Made by a program: the position numbers and the translations under genes
Notes under the pieces: generated by a model
The model's input: the letters and a program-made list of their open reading frames with translations, nothing else
Database searches by the model: none
Told to the model about the DNA's origin: nothing
Origin: Candidatus Calditenuaceae archaeon HR02
Lineage (GTDB): Archaea; Thermoproteota; Nitrososphaeria_A; Caldarchaeales; Calditenuaceae
Direction of reading: 5' to 3'
NCBI GenBank assembly: GCA_002898395.1
Contig: BEHE01000029.1
Location: 1 to 12,023, forward strand
Length of the DNA: 12,023 bases
Shown: piece after piece, positions 6,244-12,023 of the stretch
Numbering within the stretch: the stretch's first letter is position 1
Layout of the letters: the number at the start of each line of letters is the position of its first letter

Positions 6244-7491
6244 TTATTTCTGTTTCGCGAGCACTTGTATTCCCGGCATCGGCTCGCCAGAGAGGAATGA
6301 TATTAGTGCGCCCCCGCCGAGGCTCACGTAGGTGAAGTCGCTTGGCCTGAGGCCTAGGATCTCTATGGCGGTGACAGAGTCTCCGCCGCCAATGAGGGTT
6401 GATGCCCGGGACCTTGCAAGCGCCATGTAGACTGCCTGGGTGCCTTTCCTGAACTCAGGTTTCTCGTAAACCCCTAGGGGCCCCTTGACTATCACGGACG
6501 TGTCTGGCTCGAGGCCCTTAATTATTTCCCGGTAGTGCTGGATTGTTTTTGAGCCTATATCCTGAATCTCGCCGGGACATGGGAGGCCTTCGCGTAAAAC
6601 CTCCATCCTCGAGCCATTCTTACCAGCATAAGCGAAATCGAGCGGCGCAATTACACGGTCTCCAATCTTCTGGTCGATCTCAGATATCATTCCAAGGAGC
6701 TCTACGTATTTCTTCTTCATTAAGAAATCCTCGGTCGGGCCGCCGAGGTTGTATCCGCGCACCTTTGTGAAGAGCTGGCCCAAGACTCCTCCGGTCAATA
6801 CTGCTTGGACGCTCTCCGGCCTCTCTTTTAAGAAGCGTTGGAGGACTTTTATACACTCTACGGGCTTGTTCCCACCTAAGGTGAAGACGATCTTATTGGT
6901 TAATGCGACCGTCTTGTTGAGGGCGGAGAGCTCCCTCTCCATCACCCTTCCTGCGTAGGTGGGGAGTAGCGCCGCTAGCCCGACGACGGAAGCGTGGGAG
7001 CGGTGGGCTACGGAGAATGCGTCTAGGACGAATATGTCGAGGTGGGGGGCCAGCGTCCGCGGGAGCGTGCTGTTAGCGTGCTCCTCGGGGGCCTTTTCGA
7101 CGTCCTCATCCTCTAGCCGTCTCACATTGTCTAGTAGTATGGCCTCCCCTTTAGAGAGGCCTTTAATCGCGTTTACCGCCTCAGCCCCAACGACATCGGG
7201 GATAAACTTCACCTCCTTTCCCACGAGGCTCGAGAGTATCTCGGCGTGCTGTTTCAGGTCTGTGAAGTCTGGGTCGCCGCGCCTGCCTTGGTGGGCGAGG
7301 ACTACGAGTTTCGCACCTCTATCCATCAGCTCCTTGACTGTTAGCGAGTGGGCCCTGAAACGCTCGTTTAGCTGTATCTTCCCTGTTTGGGGGTCGATGG
7401 TTGAGTTGAGGTCTACTCTGAGGGCTACTCGCTTTCCAACTACGTCTACCTGGTCTAGAGTCTTGTACTTAATTTCACCTTGCCCTGCCAC
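6244..7491 (-). CDS. pgk: Phosphoglycerate kinase (archaeal-type)
   Basis: Motifs RVDLNS, AHQGRRG, LLDNVR, DAFSVAHRSHAS, DIGSKT, GPLGVYE, IGGGDS and YVSLGGGALISFLSG. The GTG start overlaps the end of gap by 17 nt. Confidence 0.97.
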   Translation of the reverse strand: MAGQGEIKYKTLDQVDVVGKRVALRVDLNSTIDPQTGKIQLNERFRAHSLTVKELMDRGAKLVVLAHQGRRGDPDFTDLKQHAEILSSLVGKEVKFIPDVVGAEAVNAIKGLSKGEAILLDNVRRLEDEDVEKAPEEHANSTLPRTLAPHLDIFVLDAFSVAHRSHASVVGLAALLPTYAGRVMERELSALNKTVALTNKIVFTLGGNKPVECIKVLQRFLKERPESVQAVLTGGVLGQLFTKVRGYNLGGPTEDFLMKKKYVELLGMISEIDQKIGDRVIAPLDFAYAGKNGSRMEVLREGLPCPGEIQDIGSKTIQHYREIIKGLEPDTSVIVKGPLGVYEKPEFRKGTQAVYMALARSRASTLIGGGDSVTAIEILGLRPSDFTYVSLGGGALISFLSGEPMPGIQVLAKQK

Positions 7492-8512
7492 GCCCAGACA
7501 CCATTAAGACTAGGTCGACTAACCTGTTGCTGTATCCCCACTCGTTGTCATACCACCCGAAGACCTTGACGAAGTCGCTCTTCTCGCCTAGGACAAGCGT
7601 CTGTGTCGCGTCAAAGATGCATGAGTGCGGGTTGCCTATAACGTCAATGGAGACTATGGGGTCCTCAGTGTATTCTACTATACCCTTCATCCTACCCATA
7701 GCCTCCTCCTCGAACACCTGGTTTACCTCCTTCACCGTCACTTGTCTCTCTAGAACTGCTGAGAGGTCGGTGAGAGACCCGTTAGGTACTGGGACCCTCA
7801 TAGCAATGCCGTGAAGCTTCCCCTTTACTTCAGGTATAACCTGGTGGAGGGCAGAGGCTGCTCCTGTCGTGGTGGGGATTATCGATGTGGCCGCTGCCCT
7901 AGCCCTTCTCAAGTCCCTGTGGTAGAGGTCTAGGAGCCGCTGGTCATTCGTGTATGCGTGGATGGTTGTCATGAAACCTTTAACTAGTCCGAAGTTGTCG
8001 AGTAGTATCTTTACCATTGGTGCGAGACAGTTTGTGGTGCAGGAGGCACCCGAGATGACGACATGCTTAGACAGGTCTAGAGCCTGGTCATTCACACCCG
8101 GCACTATCGTTACGTCCGCATCGCTTGAGGGGGCAGAGATGATGACCTTCTTAACGCCATGTTCAAGGTGGCCTGCGGCGTCTTTCCTCTTGGTGAATAG
8201 GCCTGTTGACTCGACAACCACATCGACGCCCACCTTATCCCACGGTATTTCTGAGGGCTTAGAGACTGAGAAGTAGGAAAACTCCCTACTTCCAATCCTA
8301 ATTCCCCCCGTGTCGGTTGTCTTCACCTCCTCACTCAGCCTACCGTGGACAGAGTCGTACTTGATGAGGTGGGCCGTTGTCTTGGCATCCGCGATGTCGT
8401 TGAGAGCCACAACCTCGAAGGCCTTTCCATAGAGCGGGTCCTTGAGGGAGGCGCGGAGGAATAACCTCCCGATACGTCCCATACCATTTATCCCAACTCT
8501 TACGGGAGCCAC
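7475..8512 (-). CDS. gap: Class I (bacterial-type) glyceraldehyde-3-phosphate dehydrogenase
   Basis: Motifs GINGMGRIGR, YDSVHG, VVESTGLFT, ASCTTNCLAP (catalytic Cys), TTIHAYTNDQ, DLRRARAAA, RVPVPNGS and WYDNEWGYSNR. A TATA-like TTATAC ~25 nt upstream suggests a leaderless mRNA. Confidence 0.97.
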   Translation of the reverse strand: MAPVRVGINGMGRIGRLFLRASLKDPLYGKAFEVVALNDIADAKTTAHLIKYDSVHGRLSEEVKTTDTGGIRIGSREFSYFSVSKPSEIPWDKVGVDVVVESTGLFTKRKDAAGHLEHGVKKVIISAPSSDADVTIVPGVNDQALDLSKHVVISGASCTTNCLAPMVKILLDNFGLVKGFMTTIHAYTNDQRLLDLYHRDLRRARAAATSIIPTTTGAASALHQVIPEVKGKLHGIAMRVPVPNGSLTDLSAVLERQVTVKEVNQVFEEEAMGRMKGIVEYTEDPIVSIDVIGNPHSCIFDATQTLVLGEKSDFVKVFGWYDNEWGYSNRLVDLVLMVSGRGRAR

Positions 8513-8628
8513 GCCTATACTATATGAGATGTTGTATAAGAATATGGGGGCCTGAGTGAATATACCTGTGTGGACTTGTATGTGGGGTGTGGTGGGGGTT
8601 GTGGAGGCTGGGGCGAATAACTTAAATA

Positions 8629-10245
8629 TTGGCGACTTTCAGGCATGATGCAAGGGGTGTCTCAATCGATTACGTCGAGCTTCTTGACACGACGCTCCGG
8701 GACGGCGCCCAGACTAGAGGCGTATCTTTAAGCCTAAGGGACAAGCTGAGAATAGCTGAGAAGCTCGACGAGCTCGGCATAGACATTATAGAGGCTGGCT
8801 GGCCGGGTGCGAATCCCAAAGACTCTGAGTTCTACAAGGCCGTGAAGAGTATATCGCTCACCCACAGCAAGCTCGCCGTCTTCGGAAGCACCAAACACAA
8901 GAACTCGAAGGTTGACCAAGACCCCATGCTCAAAAGCCTAGTCGAGGCGGATGTCCCATACGCAGTAGTATTCGGTAAGAGCTGGCTACTCCACGTGAGA
9001 GAGGTCTTGAGGGCCACGCCGGAAGAGAATCTAAGGATGATAGGTGAGACGGTCAACTATCTCAAGGACCACGGGATTAAGGTTATCTTCGACGCTGAAC
9101 ACTTTTTCGATGGTTGGAAGGACTCACCTAGCTATGCCCTCGCGGTATTGAGGGCCGCCAGTGAGGCTGGGGCGGAGACGCTGGTGTTATGCGACACAAA
9201 CGGCGGCACCCTGCCATCCCAGCTCTTCGACATAGTCAAGAAGGTGGGGTCCGAGATCAAGGCCCCTCTCGGTATACACGCCCACAACGACGCGGGCTGC
9301 GCAACTGCAAACAGCCTAGCGGCCGTGGAGGCGGGTGTGCGCCATGTCCAAGGCACATTCATCGGGCTAGGGGAGAGATGCGGCAATGCAGACCTGGCTC
9401 AGATTATACCGGCTCTCAGGCTTAAGATGGGGTTCAAGGTGCTTAAGGACGGCGATGTTGAGAGGTTAAAGAAGCTTACCGAGGTTGCGAGGTTCATAGC
9501 TAGTGTGACTGGGTTCCACCTCGCACCCAACCACCCCTACGTCGGGAGAAACGCCTTCGCCCATAAAGGGGGAGTCCACATAGACGCCATAATCAAGCAC
9601 CCGAGAACGTATGAGCACATCGACCCCTCGCTAGTCGGAAATGAAAGGGTCCTCTCCATCTCAGAGCAGGCAGGCAGGTCAGCGCTCATGGACTTGGCTA
9701 GGCGAATGGGCCTAAACCTCTCTAAAGATGAGTTGAGAGCGGCGACTGAAGAGGTAAAGAGGATGGAGGCGTTTGGATACCACTTGGAGCCTGCAGAAGC
9801 CACTGTAATCCTCCTTATCCTCAAGCACATAGGCATGTATAGGGAGCTCTTCCAGGTCAAGAACTGGTGGGTCGAGTCCGTCAACATAGGCCGAAAGATC
9901 TCCAGAGCTATAGTGACAATTTCTGTGAACGGTGACATAGTTACTGCAATGGGCGAGGGGGTGGGGCCTGTGCACGCGCTGGACGAGGCGGTCAGGAGTG
10001 GAATCTCATCCAGGTTTCCGGCACTAAAGGACGTCAGCCTCACAGACTACAAGGTCTACGTCGTCGACAGCAAGGAAGGGACAGCAGCATACGTCAGGGT
10101 CTTTACAGAGTTTACGTGGAGAGAGAAGAGCTGGATAACCACCAGCGTCTCCAACAACATTATCGAGGCAAGCCTCTCCGCAATAATAGATGGCTATAGA
10201 TACCTGCTACTAGCTTTAGAGCCGGGACTATTAGATAATAAATAA
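8629..10245 (+). CDS. cimA: Citramalate synthase (DRE-TIM family, LeuA/CimA-like)
   Basis: Motifs DTTLRDGAQ, EAGWPGANPKD, FGKSWLLHV, FDAEHFFDG, LCDTNGG, HAHND, GERCGNADL and AFAHKGGVH, plus a C-terminal allosteric domain (GVGPVHALD…IIEAS). GWPGxNPKD and DAEHFFDG are typical of the bacterial-type CimA clade. The TTG start is uncertain. Confidence 0.88.
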   Translation: MATFRHDARGVSIDYVELLDTTLRDGAQTRGVSLSLRDKLRIAEKLDELGIDIIEAGWPGANPKDSEFYKAVKSISLTHSKLAVFGSTKHKNSKVDQDPMLKSLVEADVPYAVVFGKSWLLHVREVLRATPEENLRMIGETVNYLKDHGIKVIFDAEHFFDGWKDSPSYALAVLRAASEAGAETLVLCDTNGGTLPSQLFDIVKKVGSEIKAPLGIHAHNDAGCATANSLAAVEAGVRHVQGTFIGLGERCGNADLAQIIPALRLKMGFKVLKDGDVERLKKLTEVARFIASVTGFHLAPNHPYVGRNAFAHKGGVHIDAIIKHPRTYEHIDPSLVGNERVLSISEQAGRSALMDLARRMGLNLSKDELRAATEEVKRMEAFGYHLEPAEATVILLILKHIGMYRELFQVKNWWVESVNIGRKISRAIVTISVNGDIVTAMGEGVGPVHALDEAVRSGISSRFPALKDVSLTDYKVYVVDSKEGTAAYVRVFTEFTWREKSWITTSVSNNIIEASLSAIIDGYRYLLLALEPGLLDNK

Positions 10246-10266
10246 AAAATCTGATGGCGATGCGTT

Positions 10267-11079
10267 CTAGCTTGACGGCTCAAACACGTAAGTGATATCA
10301 ACAGTCACCGTATAAGTTATCTCGCCGGTCATAATGGGTGGTCCACCAGCACCCTGCGCCGTGGGTACTCCCTCGAAACCAATCCTTGCTAATGGTATGG
10401 GTACACCGCCCTCGTCTGGGAATGAGACTTGAACCTGCTCTATTGCTTTAATCCTCATGTTGAGATACTCGGCAATCTTTGAGACCTTAGCCGTGACGTC
10501 GGAGAATGCGATCTGGAGTGCCGAGTCCCTCAGATTCTTTCTTGTCTCGTCCTTGAGGTCGAACCATGCTCCCTGTAAGTTTGTCGCCCCTGCCTGGATC
10601 GCGTCGTTGATGATTTTCGGAGCCTCCGGTATCAGATTGTCCTCGAGCGTTACGGTTACTTGGTTGATGGCGACGTATCCTTCCTGACGACATCCGTCCT
10701 TGTCACACTTCCAATCAGGGTTTATCGCTACGTATGACGTCTTAATGTTCCTCTCGCCCACCCCGTTTGTTAGGAGTGAAGAGACAACCCTCCCAGCAAC
10801 CTCACTGTTCAGGTTGGAAGCCTCCAGCGGTGTCGCTCCACGAGTCTCCACTCCGAGCATGAATACCATTCTGTCTGGTTTTAGCTTAACAATCCCTATC
10901 CCTCTGACAGGTACGCGTATGCCAGAGACCCCACCCCCGCTATCTCCCGTCTGCAGGTTGTATGGGACGCTACTCGCACTGCCGAGCATATTCATTGCAT
11001 AAAGGGAAGCAGCTAGGACAGCAGCTATAGCCACTACGGAGACAGTCAAAGCATAGACAGTAGGTATCTCACCCCTCAT
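10267..11079 (-). CDS. SIMPL/DUF541 domain protein with N-terminal membrane anchor
   Basis: Motifs VRGIGIVKLKPD, LGVET, IKTSYVAINP, GYVAINQVTV, IINDAIQAGATNL, ALQIAFSDVTAKVSKIA and GEITYTVTVDITY. The likely start is ATG11079 (MRGEIPTV…), downstream of a TATA box at ~11118-11124. Confidence 0.9.
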   Translation of the reverse strand: MRGEIPTVYALTVSVVAIAAVLAASLYAMNMLGSASSVPYNLQTGDSGGGVSGIRVPVRGIGIVKLKPDRMVFMLGVETRGATPLEASNLNSEVAGRVVSSLLTNGVGERNIKTSYVAINPDWKCDKDGCRQEGYVAINQVTVTLEDNLIPEAPKIINDAIQAGATNLQGAWFDLKDETRKNLRDSALQIAFSDVTAKVSKIAEYLNMRIKAIEQVQVSFPDEGGVPIPLARIGFEGVPTAQGAGGPPIMTGEITYTVTVDITYVFEPSS

Positions 11080-11247
11080 TTTTCTTATCTCTCTCACGGC
11101 TAATAGGCGACCCGTAGTATATATGAGCCTATGCCAGATACCTAGAAGGCCCACGCCTACGCCTCTGAACTGAATGGATTATCCTCAGCCTCCTATCTTC
11201 TTGGTGTTTTTTTGTTTTGTGTTTATGTGTTGTTGGTGTTTTGGGGA

Positions 11248-11255
11248 GTATTTAA
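11248..11255 (+). promoter_or_regulatory. Putative TATA box pointing into repeat copy 2
   Basis: TATTTAAG follows a long T/G-rich tract. The predicted start (~11278-11282) coincides with the tRNA-like left edge of the repeat. Confidence 0.35.
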
Positions 11256-11279
11256 GGCACCTACTATATGCACCACTAC

Positions 11280-11302
11280 TAGCGTCGGGGGGTTTCGAAC
11301 TC
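11280..11302 (-). repeat. Degenerate tRNA T-loop/acceptor 3'-end fragment
   Basis: Minus strand reads GAG-TTCGAAA-CCCCC-CGACGCT-A: a 7-nt T-loop, 5-nt T-stem strand, 7-nt acceptor strand and discriminator in correct register. The rest of a tRNA is absent. Confidence 0.5.
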
Positions 11303-11465
11303 TCAACAAAGATGATACGGCATTACAGGGATGGGATTAGAGAAAGGAAGGAGTGGTGGAAGATTTGTGAGATTCTGAAGAAAAGCATCGGCAGAAATAT
11401 GATGAGGCGCAGACGAAAACCCGCCCCCTTTATCCCCTCATACCTACCACATTGAAAAATCCATA

Positions 11466-11752
11466 CGCTCATCTCGTTCTCATAAGGGATTTAATTACAT
11501 ATTCTCCTTAGAATTTCCCTTGGCCATGGACCCAGACGCGGTCAGGTCTGTATTCCTTACCGGAAAGGGGAGAGATGTGCATGTTAAAAGATGCGAGAAC
11601 AGGCATTCTTTTCTGAGGTCATTCCTATCGAGGTTAAGAGAGGCGTGAGCACGAGGCACCTACAGGGATACCTGTCATTCCTAGCACTATTGATCGACAT
11701 GCCAATAGGTTGGTTCAGTACATTCCTATCCCTTACGATGCCGAGATGAGCG
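11466..11752 (+). mobile_element. 287-bp non-autonomous (MITE-like) derivative of an IS1595-family, ISH4-group element
   Basis: 24-bp TIRs: CGCTCATCTCGTTCTCATAAGGGA vs the right-end reverse complement CGCTCATCTCGGCATCGTAAGGGA (20/24). 8-bp TSD AATCCATA at 11458-11465 and 11753-11760, with an empty site at 6093-6100. Internal transposase C-terminal remnant DVHVKRCENRHSFLRSFLSRL/RGVSTRHLQGYLSF. Confidence 0.92.
11526..11749 (+). pseudogene. Frameshifted C-terminal fragment of an IS1595-family transposase
   Basis: MDPDAVRSVFLTGKGRDVHVKRCENRHSFLRSFLSRLR, then a frameshift at ~11636-11644, then RGVSTRHLQGYLSFLALLI…MPR*. This matches the IS1595 HxNxxE…S…RGVSxxxLxxYL motif. The stop lies in the right TIR. 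Confidence 0.8.
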
Positions 11753-12023
11753 AATCCATAATTATTAAAAGACCCATACCTCTCCTAAAGAACCTCATAA
11801 AGCCTCTGTAGGCTCATATCGGAATCATTATTGTTGGATAATTTAAGCAGGAGAGGCCACTAGTATAGGTGTATGTATTCTTCTTTCTTCTCGTCGTATA
11901 TGCCTACGGCTATATAGACCTCGCTAAACTCGTGTCCACACATGCACCTAATCCTGAAATAGGAAAACTGTTAGGGTTGAGCATCTAGCCGTTATGAACC
12001 CATACCTAGCCATCTATCTCTGG

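Larger units (their letters stand above)
11298..11770 (+). repeat. Dispersed ~175-bp repeat, copy 2 (11298-11465 plus 11761-11770), interrupted by the IS derivative
   Basis: Homologous to 5926-6110. The terminal ATTATTAAAA resumes right after the second TSD copy. Confidence 0.9.

Noticed and set aside
8581-8613. G-rich tract between gap and cimA as a G-quadruplex or repeat
   Set aside because: It has only three runs of 3 or more G and no periodic unit; low-complexity intergenic sequence is sufficient explanation.
6543-10043. Numerous ORFs antisense to or nested in pgk, gap and cimA
   Set aside because: They are shadow ORFs of well-supported genes.
11174-11455. 93-aa ORF as a full gene
   Set aside because: The N-terminal half translates a low-complexity T/G tract and promoter region. 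Only the part from 11312 is shared with the other repeat copy.
11860-12014. Minus-strand peptide fragment with RCMCGHEF (Zn-ribbon-like) and the 10-mer ACCCATACCT repeated at ~11772 and ~11998
   Set aside because: The frame is short, closed by an upstream stop and near the window edge. A repeated 10-mer is expected by chance in 12 kb.
1-12023. CRISPR array or split/permuted tRNA halves
   Set aside because: No regularly spaced direct repeats were seen. The stray tRNA fragments are ~20 nt, degenerate, and lack the complementary leader/BHB needed for trans-splicing.

Overview
Archaeal window, most likely from a thermophilic Thermoproteota/Aigarchaeota-like lineage. This is inferred from GC-rich tRNAs without encoded CCA, a BHB intron at a non-canonical site, TATA boxes and GGTGA RBSs. 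Housekeeping genes: HpcH/HpaI aldolase, gap-pgk (bacterial-type class I GAPDH with an archaeal-type PGK), citramalate synthase and a SIMPL/DUF541 protein. There are three tRNAs: Ala-GGC with a 28-nt T-arm intron, Arg-TCG and Pro-TGG. The tRNA flanks hold several mobile-element remains: (i) a free-standing HTH + double-LAGLIDADG endonuclease gene converging on tRNA-Ala and ending in a stray antisense tRNA 3'-end fragment; (ii) an unannotated, internally deleted 56-aa homolog converging on tRNA-Pro; (iii) a ~175-bp repeat present twice, with a tRNA-3'-end-like motif at its left edge; (iv) a 287-bp deletion derivative of an ISH4-group (IS1595) element with an 8-bp TSD and an empty site in the other repeat copy; (v) a decayed tyrosine integrase beside tRNA-Arg. 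The most interesting hypothesis is a family of integrase-free LAGLIDADG elements that target tRNA 3' ends.
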